Shown: in pieces, positions 47,423 to 57,786 of the stretch
Position numbering within the stretch: the first letter of the stretch is position 1
How the letters are laid out: each line of letters starts with the position of its first letter
Source: a virus
Length of the DNA stretch: 64,000 bases
Virus record (IMG/VR): IMGVR_UViG_2585428081_000003
Reading direction: 5' to 3' (one strand)
Notes under the pieces: model-generated
Database searches by the model: none
What the model was told of the DNA's origin: nothing
Seen by the model: the letters and a program-made list of their open reading frames with translations, nothing else
Made by a program: the position numbers and the translations under genes

Positions 47423-49309
47423 TTACCAACCTAACTTTTCTAGAGCATTTATTATTAATGTTATTGCCTCAGCTCTAGTTATCTTATTATTTAACCTTAA
47501 TGTTTTATCTCCATATCCATCTATTATATTTGCTATTTTAACATTATCTAAATTTGCAGTATCTTTATATTCTTTTAAATTGATATAATCTACTTCTTCA
47601 ACTCTTTCTAACATAGTAGTTAGAAGTTCCGCAACTTCAAATCTATTTATTTCTTCCCTAGTTTCTCCTTTATTAAACATTTTATCTATTATTTTTTTAT
47701 TTTCGTATTCTTTTAGATAAGGTTTGTACCAATCTGCTCCTTCATTTTCAACTATATTGTCCAGTTCTTTATATAATGAGGTTTGACCTGTTGGGACTGC
47801 TCCAAATAATCTTCCTACCATAGTATATAATTCAGCACGTGAAATAGTATTGTTAGGCTTTAATGTTGTATTACCTTCTTTATCTGTATAGCCTTCAACC
47901 ATAGCTAAACCATTTGCTCTATCTGTTGTCGATGCATACCATTCACTACCTTTTATATCACTAAAGTTAGGCTGTTTTACAGCAAAAGCTGCTACATATC
48001 CTTCAACATCTTTGTATGTTTCTATTTTATCTTTATCTATTTTAGTTGCTAATGCAACCCATTTTTCTTTTTCTTTATTCCATTCATAAAATCTTGGAGA
48101 TAGTCCCTTTTCGTTCATAATATAAACTTTATCTTCTTGTAGTTCATATGTTGCTTTAGAATTTTCGATTAATATGGGCTCGGGTGATAATACTTCGTGC
48201 CCTTTCCATCTTGCCACAAATTCATTTAAGGATATGTTTTTTAATTCAGGTTTACTTGTTTCAGATTTGTTTTCGTCTTCTTCCTTATTATTATCTATAT
48301 CGTCTTTTATTCTAATATTTTCTTCATTTGGTATAATTACTTTATTTAGTCGATCTTGTAGTTCTTTAATTTTTTTATTAAGTTCATCCTTTTTTTCACT
48401 TCCTGGAAGTTTTTCTACCAAATCTCTTGCTTCGTCTATTTTTGCTTGTGCTTTTTCTTTATTTTCTTTAGTAGGATGTTCTTCAGCTACTTTTACCTTT
48501 TTCTCTGCTTCTTGTACCGCCTTTTCTGCTTCTTTCCATCCTCCCCAATTCATATCTAATTTGTATGTGAAAGTAACCTTTTTCACACTATCAGCAGGTT
48601 TTAACCATATTGTTACTACTGGGGTACTTATTAATTTGCATCCTGATATTTCTGGTGCTGTAATAACCTGCACCCCTAATCCTAAATTTTTCTTTTGAAT
48701 AGTTTTAATAGATTTTCCTTTTTCATCAACTGCAATTATTATAATTTCTCCTTCGGTAGGTAAAGTTTTATCTATATTGGTAATCGTTACTGTCTTTTCT
48801 ACCCTATTCCCAGCTTCATCTTCGGCTATAAAAGTAAATGACCCATTCTCTGTAAATGTATACTCTGTCTTATTTAATGTTCCTTTATCTACTGTTGCAT
48901 AAACCGTTATATCTTCATTAGTTGGTTCAGTTTCATAGGGTTCTATAGTAATTACTGGTGGGACTTTATCTATATTAGTTATCTCTATCGTTTCTTCTGT
49001 TTCATTTCCTGCATTATCTCTTGCTATAAAATTATAACTACCATTTTCAGTTACTATATAAGTTGTTCTTTCCTCTGTAACTTTAGTCCCATCTGGTAAT
49101 ACTATTTCCTTTATTCCACTCCCCTCATCTGTGGCTATTATTGTTAGTATTATATCTTTATTTGTAGGAACAAGGGTTGACTGGGTAATACTTATATCAA
49201 ATTTCTTATCTTTTTCTAGCATAGTACCTTCTCCAAAACTAAATACTGGAGTTAAAATACTTATTAATATTATACAAACTAATAAAATACTTACTTTTCG
49301 TTTAGACAT
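47423..49309 (-). CDS. Secreted surface protein with Ig-like repeats and C-terminal SLH domains
   Basis: Signal peptide; NIDKVPPVI repeats; KPNNTISRAE and ITRAEA SLH motifs. Confidence 0.8.
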   Translation of the reverse strand: MSKRKVSILLVCIILISILTPVFSFGEGTMLEKDKKFDISITQSTLVPTNKDIILTIIATDEGSGIKEIVLPDGTKVTEERTTYIVTENGSYNFIARDNAGNETEETIEITNIDKVPPVITIEPYETEPTNEDITVYATVDKGTLNKTEYTFTENGSFTFIAEDEAGNRVEKTVTITNIDKTLPTEGEIIIIAVDEKGKSIKTIQKKNLGLGVQVITAPEISGCKLISTPVVTIWLKPADSVKKVTFTYKLDMNWGGWKEAEKAVQEAEKKVKVAEEHPTKENKEKAQAKIDEARDLVEKLPGSEKKDELNKKIKELQDRLNKVIIPNEENIRIKDDIDNNKEEDENKSETSKPELKNISLNEFVARWKGHEVLSPEPILIENSKATYELQEDKVYIMNEKGLSPRFYEWNKEKEKWVALATKIDKDKIETYKDVEGYVAAFAVKQPNFSDIKGSEWYASTTDRANGLAMVEGYTDKEGNTTLKPNNTISRAELYTMVGRLFGAVPTGQTSLYKELDNIVENEGADWYKPYLKEYENKKIIDKMFNKGETREEINRFEVAELLTTMLERVEEVDYINLKEYKDTANLDNVKIANIIDGYGDKTLRLNNKITRAEAITLIINALEKLGW

Positions 49310-49372
49310 ATAATTCTCCTTTCCTAATTTAATAATTAATAAGTTGGGGCATATGCCCCAACTCTCTTTAAA

Positions 49373-50182
49373 TTATTCTCCTACAATTATCTTGAGTATT
49401 GGTCTTACTTTATCTATATTAGTTATCTCTACTATTTCCTCTGTTATGTTTCCTGCTTCATCTGTTGCGATAAAAGTAAAACTACCATTTTCCGTGAATA
49501 TATATTCTGTCTCATTTAATGTTCCTTTATCTGTACTTACTTTAACTGTTATATCTTTATTAGTCCATTCTTTTGTGTAATCATCTACCGTAATCACTGG
49601 TGGTACCTTGTCTATATTTGTTATTTCTATTACTTCCTCTGTTTCATTTCCTGCATTATCTCTTGCTATAAAAGTATAACTACCATTCTCACTTACTATA
49701 AATTCAGCTGATTCCTCTTCTATCTTAGTTTCATCTGGCAAAATTATTTCTTTGATTCCGCTACCTTCATCAGTAGCTTTAATAGTTATAGTTACGTCTT
49801 GATTTGTTGGATTAATTGTGCTTGGCACGAGTTCTAAAATAGGTTTTTGTTTATCAATGTTCTTAATCTCTACATAACCTACTGTTTCATTCAATGCATT
49901 ATCGTATACTTTAAATTGATAGTTTCCATTTTCACTTACTATAAATTCAGTTGATTCTTTCTCTACCTTAGTCCCGTCTGGCAACACTATTTCCTTTATG
50001 CCACTTAAATCATCACTTGTTTCTACCGTTATAACAATGTCCTGATTTGTAGGTTCATCAGTATTTACTATAATAGTTACATCATCATTATCTGCTAATG
50101 CCATTATAGAATTATAGGGCATTACCACAATACTTAATATTAAAGCTAATCCCAATACTTTAGCCATTTTTAGCTTTTTCAT
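49373..50182 (-). CDS. Secreted Ig-like repeat protein
   Basis: Three SGIKEI.LPD / NIDK repeats; DNA near-identical in part to the 47423-49309 gene. Confidence 0.75.
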   Translation of the reverse strand: MKKLKMAKVLGLALILSIVVMPYNSIMALADNDDVTIIVNTDEPTNQDIVITVETSDDLSGIKEIVLPDGTKVEKESTEFIVSENGNYQFKVYDNALNETVGYVEIKNIDKQKPILELVPSTINPTNQDVTITIKATDEGSGIKEIILPDETKIEEESAEFIVSENGSYTFIARDNAGNETEEVIEITNIDKVPPVITVDDYTKEWTNKDITVKVSTDKGTLNETEYIFTENGSFTFIATDEAGNITEEIVEITNIDKVRPILKIIVGE

Positions 50183-50259
50183 TTTTAAATTCCTCCCTAA
50201 ACTTTAATTTTATTAATATAAAAAAGACGGGAAAATTCCGCCCAATAGTTAAGTTAAGT

Positions 50260-51111
50260 TTATTTTCCAACTATTATTTTCATAGTTGGAGAAGTTTTAT
50301 CTATTTTTATAGTCCTTGAAATCTCATTAGACTTTCCACCCTTGTCATCTTCAACCCATATTTTTAAAGTATATATACCTTGTGGTATACTACTATCAAT
50401 GGGTATACTATTTGAAAAACTTTGACTGCTTCCATTTGCTGTTATTGTTTGTAAAGTTTTATTAGTATGTGTTGATATCCCATTAATTGTATATTTTACA
50501 CTTAAAGTATCACCATTATCAACATCTTTTACGGAACCAGATACGTTTATTGCTTTTTCCTTACCAAAATAATCATTTTCTCCTGGATTACTTAAAGTTA
50601 AAGTTGGATTATTATTTACTAAGCCTTTCCTTACATACCAGTAGTCTCCTTGTAGACCATCTGAAGGATATTGATTTATTGTACCTGTAACAGTACCAAC
50701 AAAAGAGCCTTTTCGAGGAGTAATTATATCGCATTTCCTTATTGTCTCGTAATAATAATCAAAATCTCCATCACTATGTCTAGTTGCAAAAGAATATTTT
50801 TGAACTTTAGTTGAAGTCACATAATAATAATTACCACTAATGTCTGCCCAAAATACCCGTTCACCATTTGTGCCTTGATAGCCTTCGGTACTTGAAAAAT
50901 AGTAATCTCTATAAAGATAGATAGAATAATTACTGCTATTTTTCTTTAATAAATCTCCGTCATTAACAGATCTATCATTATCATATCTTATTAGATTGTA
51001 CTTTTCATAATAATACAAAGGTTCACTAGCCTGTGCAGTACCTATACTACCAAAGACCATCATACTAACCATTACCAAGGTTAAAATCACCTTACCAAAC
51101 GGTATTTTCAT
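50260..51111 (-). CDS. Secreted protein with C-terminal Ig-like domain
   Basis: Signal peptide; NNNPTL...VEDDKGG...IDKTSP. Confidence 0.65.
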   Translation of the reverse strand: MKIPFGKVILTLVMVSMMVFGSIGTAQASEPLYYYEKYNLIRYDNDRSVNDGDLLKKNSSNYSIYLYRDYYFSSTEGYQGTNGERVFWADISGNYYYVTSTKVQKYSFATRHSDGDFDYYYETIRKCDIITPRKGSFVGTVTGTINQYPSDGLQGDYWYVRKGLVNNNPTLTLSNPGENDYFGKEKAINVSGSVKDVDNGDTLSVKYTINGISTHTNKTLQTITANGSSQSFSNSIPIDSSIPQGIYTLKIWVEDDKGGKSNEISRTIKIDKTSPTMKIIVGK

Positions 51112-51141
51112 TTCACTACCTCCTCATTCTTTGCAAAGTAT

Positions 51142-51687
51142 TTAAAATTTTGCCATGTATTCTGATTTCACTTTTAATCTTATTTTCATTGGCGGTAAGT
51201 GTTCCCAGCCAAACGATAGCGGAACTTCAAGATTGATAAATGTTTCCGCTGAAAATTTATCATTAGATTTTAAAGGTGAGTTGATTATTTCAACTTTAAG
51301 ATTTGATAATTTATACTCATACTCTGAATCTATTTTTTTTACATGATAACCCCCATCTTTTTCTAGTCCTAATAAATCATCAAGCTTCTTATATACATCT
51401 CCTGTATCAATATTCTCTTTCCATTCTTCTTCATTTTCATCATATTTATATCCTGCTGAATATGCTTCTCTTGATGAGCTATATACATTCTCGTAGTTTT
51501 CCGTACTAACAGATATTACTGCTGATTGAACTGCATCTCTAACCCCTTTTGCAATAATTTGTAATCTCATATATTCAGAAACTCCAGCTAATACAATTAA
51601 AGCTATTAACAATATTGATACTATTAGTATAAACATCCCTCCCTCCTTTTCTCTTAGCTTGTTTTTAAATATTTTCGTCATTTCCAA
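51142..51687 (-). CDS. TadE/TadG-like pseudopilin
   Basis: EGG followed by hydrophobic helix. Confidence 0.65.
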   Translation of the reverse strand: MEMTKIFKNKLREKEGGMFILIVSILLIALIVLAGVSEYMRLQIIAKGVRDAVQSAVISVSTENYENVYSSSREAYSAGYKYDENEEEWKENIDTGDVYKKLDDLLGLEKDGGYHVKKIDSEYEYKLSNLKVEIINSPLKSNDKFSAETFINLEVPLSFGWEHLPPMKIRLKVKSEYMAKF

Positions 51688-52085
51688 TACACCTCCGACT
51701 TTCCAGAAGCTTTACCTACAAGAGGTATTGAAAAAGAACCAAAATCCCCAAATAAACCAATATCATAATTTACCTTTGCTATCACTAATATGTCACCATC
51801 TAACTGTATTTTTTTCTCTGAAAAAGTATCTGCTTCCCATATAACCTCTTCAGGAGTAATTCCTAAATTTTTTGATATTTCACTGCAATCTATATCAATT
51901 TCACCTTTTATTTGTGCTTGCCTTAATGCTTCACTTGCAAATTGATTTAATTGATTTTTAAGAATAAAAGCTGGAACTACCTTTGTTATTGTGGCAAGAA
52001 CAAGTACCATAACTAAAACAAAAACGGCAACATCTATGTAACCGTCTCCTCTCTTTTCTCTCATCTTTCTTATTATCCTTTTCAT
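51678..52085 (-). CDS. TadE-like pseudopilin (DUF4320-like)
   Basis: RGDGYID prepilin-like site + hydrophobic helix. Confidence 0.7.
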   Translation of the reverse strand: MKRIIRKMREKRGDGYIDVAVFVLVMVLVLATITKVVPAFILKNQLNQFASEALRQAQIKGEIDIDCSEISKNLGITPEEVIWEADTFSEKKIQLDGDILVIAKVNYDIGLFGDFGSFSIPLVGKASGKSEVYWK

Positions 52086-52954
52086 GAAAACAACCCCTTA
52101 GCTCCTTGAGAAATTGCTACTACAAAGACAACAACATAAATCAATATCATACATCCAAGCATCAATAGAGAATATTTTCTAATCTTCCCAGGTCTTTTAG
52201 CAGCTTCTTGCTTAAGTTTTTGTAATTCTAATTGTTTAAAATCATGAGAAAGCATCTGAAAATATACTACAGCATTGTCCCCTCTTATCACAGCAATAAG
52301 ACCTTTTATTACATCAGAAAGCATAGGACTTTGAATCCTTGTTTCAAATCGCGTTAAAGCTGTTTCATAATTTCCTGTCTTCATGTCAGCAGTAGTTATA
52401 TCCAATTCGTCTTTAAGCATTTGTCCTGCATTTTGTTTATAATTTTCTAATATGAAAAGTATGTCTCTCGTAGATTTCAAATTTTGCTCTATGTCTCTTG
52501 TAAATTTAGGCAGTTCATTCTCTATCTTTTCCCTTTTTATTTTTATCTTCTCCTCTGGAAAACGTACTTCTTTAAAATATATTCTTAATCCTACTACAAG
52601 TAATATTGGAAACATGACTGGAAAAACAAATAAAAAGGGAATCCCAAATAATACTGGAATTCCTGCTTTTATTATAGTAGAAGCAATATGTTTTTCAGGT
52701 GTTTTATTTATACCTGCTGTTTTAAGTTGAGATTGTAACTTTTTTCTTTTGTACTCATTTAATTTTATATACTTCGATAGTCTTTCAGCCACACCATCTA
52801 AATATATATCTATATTTTTTGCTTTGGCTGATCCTTTTCCTAAAGAAAGTATTCCTTTAGATGTTTGTATAGTTGGAACTTTAACAATTTCTGAAATTAA
52901 AAGGTACAATCCAAAAGCAAAAAATATAGACGATAAAAGCATTATTGTATACAT
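52082..52954 (-). CDS. tadC: TadC-like pilus platform protein
   Basis: T2SSF-like ELPKF...GNYETAL.RF; TM helices. Confidence 0.7.
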   Translation of the reverse strand: MYTIMLLSSIFFAFGLYLLISEIVKVPTIQTSKGILSLGKGSAKAKNIDIYLDGVAERLSKYIKLNEYKRKKLQSQLKTAGINKTPEKHIASTIIKAGIPVLFGIPFLFVFPVMFPILLVVGLRIYFKEVRFPEEKIKIKREKIENELPKFTRDIEQNLKSTRDILFILENYKQNAGQMLKDELDITTADMKTGNYETALTRFETRIQSPMLSDVIKGLIAVIRGDNAVVYFQMLSHDFKQLELQKLKQEAAKRPGKIRKYSLLMLGCMILIYVVVFVVAISQGAKGLFS

Positions 52955-52970
52955 TTTAATCCTCCTTTTA

Positions 52971-53903
52971 CTATGCTTTATACTCTATTGGTCTTGTATG
53001 TTTTATAACACCTCCTAGAGATATAAACACTACCAAAACACATACAGCTAAAGCTGCCTTTCCCCAGATAGTAGTAACAAGTATTTTATACCAATCTTTA
53101 TTTAGCATTTTAATTATAGGAATATTTGAAAAAAGAAGAATCGCCATAGTAATATATTCTTTCATAGGTTCATACAACATAGTATCAAGTTCTGCTGATA
53201 CAACTCTTTCATCAGAAAGTTTCTGAACTATAGGAACTAATGTATATTTTAAATTCTTATTATCCATACATGAAATTAAGACATCACACCATTCTTGAAA
53301 AACTTCATTATGAATTTTAGGTTTTATATTTTTTATAGCAAGTTTAGTATTCGAAGTAATTAACTTGGTTTGTGAAAGAAAAAAGCTAAAAACTTCTGAT
53401 ACCGGAGGATTTAAATAATCTATATTTTCTTCTACAGCTTGTATAATATTCTCACTTCTCAAATACGAAGTAGTTATAGTAGATAGTGCTGATTCCAACT
53501 CCTCATTTGTTTCCTTCTGGTAAGAATGAGAAGTATAAATAATATACCAAAAAGGTAAAAGTGCTAGTCCTATAGCTAATACAGGGACTAGAAATATGTT
53601 CCCAACAGAAAGTGAAAAAACTACTCCTATAATAAAAAATATTATTGAAGCTATCCATAATACATTCATCTTTTCACTCCTACCTGTTATTTCTAATATT
53701 GTTTTAGCTTCGTTTACAACTTTTCTAATCCCTCTATCTTCAGTACTATTTATCTGGTTTATTTTTTCTTTTATAGTTAATTTCTTTTCCTTATTTAAAA
53801 AGCTAGCCAAATCATCTGTAAAATCAAAAAAAGACAGGTTAAGAAGAATAAAGCCACCTGTCGTGAAAGCTATAAAAGATATTATACTCAAGAAAGTACT
53901 CAA
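52971..53903 (-). CDS. tadB: TadB-like pilus platform protein
   Basis: TM helices; follows CpaF. Confidence 0.7.
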   Translation of the reverse strand: MSTFLSIISFIAFTTGGFILLNLSFFDFTDDLASFLNKEKKLTIKEKINQINSTEDRGIRKVVNEAKTILEITGRSEKMNVLWIASIIFFIIGVVFSLSVGNIFLVPVLAIGLALLPFWYIIYTSHSYQKETNEELESALSTITTSYLRSENIIQAVEENIDYLNPPVSEVFSFFLSQTKLITSNTKLAIKNIKPKIHNEVFQEWCDVLISCMDNKNLKYTLVPIVQKLSDERVVSAELDTMLYEPMKEYITMAILLFSNIPIIKMLNKDWYKILVTTIWGKAALAVCVLVVFISLGGVIKHTRPIEYKA

Positions 53904-53914
53904 TCTCTTCCCTC

Positions 53915-55243
53915 CTATGATACAATTTTTTGTAAAACACTTTTTTGCATACCATTTTCCAATAGCCTTTTCTGAAGCCCTAGAGAAATATTGTTTACTT
54001 TCTCAAACTGTCCAATAACTTTCTTTTTTCCATCAACTTCTATTACATCTTCTACATTATACTTATATAATGTATTAATTTTTCTATCTCCATTAGACAA
54101 TATTTCACATTCTGTTATCTCCATAATTTTTCTTGACTTATCTTCTAGTCTCCTTGTGAATACTATTATAGGAAAAGCTTCAGTCACTAATGTATAAAGT
54201 GTTTCATCTTTCATGTCATATTTTTGCTTACATAAAGTTATAAATCTTCTGTAAGTAGCTTCACATGAATTTGAATGAACTGTTGAAAGCACTCCATGAC
54301 CAGTTCTAGCTGCTTCTTGAGCTGCAAAAGCTTCAGCAGACTTCATTTCCCCTACAACTATTATATCTGGGTTTGATGTAAGCGCATACTCTAAAAGTTT
54401 TTCCTGATCAACAACTTCCTTTGGGTTTTCACTTTCTTTTGTTACTGTATGAACTACAGAATTAGTAATTTTCCCATATTTATCTCGTCTAATTAAATTA
54501 AACTCTCTAACATTGTTTTCTATTGTATATATCCTTTTATCGTCAGGGATGGTAGAAAGAATAGCATCAAGCAATGTTGTCTTGCCAGAAGTAGTAGCTC
54601 CTGCAACACATATACTGATACCATATCTTGATAAATCAGCTAATATATTAAACATTTCTTCCGTAGCAGTTCCAAGTCTTACAAAATCGTCTATCTTTAA
54701 TTTTTTAGGATTAACTAACCTTATGGATGCAACGACTCCTATCTCATCATCAATTACAGGAGGACAAAAAGCAGTAATCCTTATATTTCCTGCAATATGT
54801 CCCCTTACAACAGGATTTGCATAATCAAGTACCATACCTGAATTTTGCAATAATCTCCTAACAACATCAAGAGCATGACCAGGAGATAAAAACTTCTCTT
54901 CTGGAGAAACTTCATCTCCATTAGAAAAAGTTATTTTTATATCCTCCCATGAATTTATATTAATTTCTTCAATATCTTTAGAGAATAAATATGGTGTTAA
55001 AAATGAGAATTCTGCCATTTCAGCATAAAGTTTTTCTATCAATTGCTCTGTTGTATATTCTTCAACTGAAATATTATAATCCATCAAATACTTTGAAATG
55101 TACATTTTTAATTGCTTTTCTTGAGTTTTCTTATTTTTTGAAATAACTACTGCATATTTTGAAGAAATATATTCTTGTACATCTTTGAGTACTTCCTGAA
55201 AAGATTTTTCATTTGACTTAAAAAACAATTCAGCTTTATTCAA
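53915..55243 (-). CDS. cpaF: CpaF/TadA secretion ATPase
   Basis: GATTSGKTT, TIEN, NPDIIVVGE, STVHSN. Confidence 0.92.
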   Translation of the reverse strand: MNKAELFFKSNEKSFQEVLKDVQEYISSKYAVVISKNKKTQEKQLKMYISKYLMDYNISVEEYTTEQLIEKLYAEMAEFSFLTPYLFSKDIEEININSWEDIKITFSNGDEVSPEEKFLSPGHALDVVRRLLQNSGMVLDYANPVVRGHIAGNIRITAFCPPVIDDEIGVVASIRLVNPKKLKIDDFVRLGTATEEMFNILADLSRYGISICVAGATTSGKTTLLDAILSTIPDDKRIYTIENNVREFNLIRRDKYGKITNSVVHTVTKESENPKEVVDQEKLLEYALTSNPDIIVVGEMKSAEAFAAQEAARTGHGVLSTVHSNSCEATYRRFITLCKQKYDMKDETLYTLVTEAFPIIVFTRRLEDKSRKIMEITECEILSNGDRKINTLYKYNVEDVIEVDGKKKVIGQFEKVNNISLGLQKRLLENGMQKSVLQKIVS

Positions 55244-56087
55244 TACTTATTACCTCCTGTATTATTTCTTTTATTATTCTTTCATAATCTTTTCCTTCCT
55301 TCGAATTCAAATCATTAAATAAGCATCCTTCAGTATATTGTCTCTCAATCTCATCTATATGCTGAAGATATATTCCATTTCCTTTTATTGCACTGTTTAT
55401 AGTATCTTGAGCTTGATAGTCTTTAACATTAGAAACTACCTTTAAATGATTATCAAGCTGAAATCGTTGATCTATTAATAAAGGTAGTACCGATTGAAAA
55501 TATGAAATTCCTTTGAAATCTGCTGTTGATAGCCTTATAACCTTATCGGCTATTTCAAGGCTACAAATTGTTAATATACTCTCTGTTATTATACTGGAAC
55601 AATCTATTACAATATAATCTGCCAAATGTCTCATTAAAATCAATAGATCTACAACCCTTTCTTTTGTATACTCAGCATAAGTCAAAGAATTTTCTCCTTT
55701 CATATAACCTAAAAAAGCTATATATGAATTATTCTTGATTGGCGTAATGCAATTCTCCAATATAACTTCTTGATCTATATTTGGAGAAGTCAGTACCTTT
55801 CCTATAGATTGTTCTTTTTTCTCTAAAGTAGGGAAAAAAACAGGTATTGAAGGACAAAAAACATCATCAAAAACAACTATAACATTCTTTTTTCTTGCTG
55901 CAAGTTCCTTTGCTATTTTCACACTTGTCACAGTCTTTCCACTACTAGGACTACCCCATACTGCTATAATTTGATTTTCCTTTTTATATTGACTATTCTT
56001 CTGAATCTTGCCTTTCTCCTTCAATTTCGGCATTAGTATTTTGGGTAAATTCAACTTTGGTATCTGCATCTTCTTCAACTTCTCCAC
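55236..56087 (-). CDS. CpaE/TadZ-like MinD-family ATPase
   Basis: WGSPSSGKT. Confidence 0.7.
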   Translation of the reverse strand: MEKLKKMQIPKLNLPKILMPKLKEKGKIQKNSQYKKENQIIAVWGSPSSGKTVTSVKIAKELAARKKNVIVVFDDVFCPSIPVFFPTLEKKEQSIGKVLTSPNIDQEVILENCITPIKNNSYIAFLGYMKGENSLTYAEYTKERVVDLLILMRHLADYIVIDCSSIITESILTICSLEIADKVIRLSTADFKGISYFQSVLPLLIDQRFQLDNHLKVVSNVKDYQAQDTINSAIKGNGIYLQHIDEIERQYTEGCLFNDLNSKEGKDYERIIKEIIQEVISIE

Positions 56088-56820
56088 TATTCTCCCCTCC
56101 CTGTTTTATAGATTGAATATATTCATCTTGAATTTGTAAATATTTTTCTTTTTCTAATCCCCTGTAAACTAATGCAAGGTGAATATTTCCACTTTGTTCA
56201 CACATAATAAGTTTTTCAGCTTGTACATCTCCTACGATAAGAGTTACCGTAGCTGGAAGTTCTTCCTCTTCTTCTTTTTCAATATCCCTTTCTTCCTTAT
56301 CTGCTCCTTCTTTGGTAGTTACTGCCAATACTTCAACATATCTTAATTCAGGAACAATAGAAGTACTCTTATCCTCATTGGTAGATATTACAGATACAAT
56401 ATCTCCTGGTTTCAATTTTCCCGATAGACCAGCTGCAAAGTTTTTAATTGTAATTGATACAGCCATTTTATCTTCACCTAGATCGTATAAATATGAATCT
56501 ATATTGGATTTTACATTTGAAATTTTAGAAGATAGAAAATAATCATCTTTATATATATTCTCTTTTGCATATTTCCCAACAACATCATCTGACTTTTTTA
56601 TTACACTTCCAGGTAAATTATATCCTCCTACTTTTATCTTGATAACTTTATCCGAAGTTATCTTTTCACCTTTCTTTATATCTTTACCAGCTCGTACTAT
56701 CTCAACTTGACTTTTCATAGCATTACTCAGCAAAGGAGTAATACCAAAGCTTATTACAAGAGCTAATACAATACTTGCTATTCCTAAAACAGTTCTATTT
56801 TTTAGAAATTTTTTTGCCAA
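55993..56820 (-). CDS. cpaB: Flp pilus assembly protein CpaB/RcpC
   Basis: SAF-like domain; GLSGKLKPGDIVSV; TVTLIV. Confidence 0.85.
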   Translation of the reverse strand: MAKKFLKNRTVLGIASIVLALVISFGITPLLSNAMKSQVEIVRAGKDIKKGEKITSDKVIKIKVGGYNLPGSVIKKSDDVVGKYAKENIYKDDYFLSSKISNVKSNIDSYLYDLGEDKMAVSITIKNFAAGLSGKLKPGDIVSVISTNEDKSTSIVPELRYVEVLAVTTKEGADKEERDIEKEEEEELPATVTLIVGDVQAEKLIMCEQSGNIHLALVYRGLEKEKYLQIQDEYIQSIKQGGENSGEVEEDADTKVEFTQNTNAEIEGERQDSEE

Positions 56821-56835
56821 AATATCATCCTCCTA

Positions 56836-57234
56836 TCAAATCAAAAGTGATATAAAACACCCTATGGTCAAATATGGGGCCATAGGGATTGTATCTTTTC
56901 TATTTCTTTTAAAAACAACAGTTACAAATATAGCTAGAAACTGTCCTACGATTAAAGCTATGGTTCCCTTCATCAGTCCTAGAAAAAAGCCTATAGCAGC
57001 TACTAATTTAATATCACCTCCTCCTATACTATTTTCATCAAACAAAACTGCCATTATAAACGGTATTGGAAGAACAAAAAAACCTATGAGAGATTGAAAT
57101 AAACTGAAATCATAAAGCAAAGAAGATATCATGATTATCACATGAACTTTATCAGGAATAATCCTTTTTTTTAAATCTTCATATCCTGCATATACCAAAG
57201 TTATCGTAAAAATCAAGTTTTTTAATGCTAACAT
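56836..57234 (-). CDS. cpaA: A24 prepilin peptidase
   Basis: YEDLKKRII, GGGDIKL, IPMAPYL. Confidence 0.9.
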   Translation of the reverse strand: MLALKNLIFTITLVYAGYEDLKKRIIPDKVHVIIMISSLLYDFSLFQSLIGFFVLPIPFIMAVLFDENSIGGGDIKLVAAIGFFLGLMKGTIALIVGQFLAIFVTVVFKRNRKDTIPMAPYLTIGCFISLLI

Positions 57235-57235
57235 A

Positions 57236-57610
57236 CTACTTTAATTCATCTAAAGATTTATATTCATACTTTTTTTGGGATTTTGCAAAATTTATCATAT
57301 TGCAAATTTGATTATAAGCCGATAAATTTGTAGTATCTTTTACAAAAAACATAATGCTACCTCCAATAGAAGTTAAAAAAACAACAGAGCAAAGCACTAT
57401 ATTTTTAGTAATAAAATAAATAAAAACATCAATCAGTGTTGATATCCCAACAGTAATCAATGTTTTTATAGCTTCATCTTTTCCAAATCCATCCCAATAT
57501 TCATTTTTTTCCTTTAATCCCATAGGTATATATAAATCATATTTATCTTCTTCCATAATCAAACCTCCCCCTACCCAAAATAGTATATAGCAATATCTTT
57601 TAACTGCCAT
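57236..57610 (-). CDS. PrgI/VirB3-like membrane protein
   Basis: LYIP..., two TM helices, QKKYEY tail. Confidence 0.55.
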   Translation of the reverse strand: MAVKRYCYILFWVGGGLIMEEDKYDLYIPMGLKEKNEYWDGFGKDEAIKTLITVGISTLIDVFIYFITKNIVLCSVVFLTSIGGSIMFFVKDTTNLSAYNQICNMINFAKSQKKYEYKSLDELK

Positions 57611-57786
57611 ACACTTTCAGCAAGTATATAAAAAATAAGTGTATTCCTCATCCTTCTTTTATATACTTCTATTTCTTCATTGTGAGTAGCCTTCACAAAG
57701 CAATATGCTATACGGGCACCTACTCCTGCCCGTACAAGCCAAATTAGAACATTAGATAATTCTACAAGTGTATCCATGTTTTTCAC
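57571..57786 (-). CDS. Small membrane protein (VirB2-like)
   Basis: Two hydrophobic helices; conjugation cluster. Confidence 0.5.
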   Translation of the reverse strand: MKNMDTLVELSNVLIWLVRAGVGARIAYCFVKATHNEEIEVYKRRMRNTLIFYILAESVWQLKDIAIYYFG

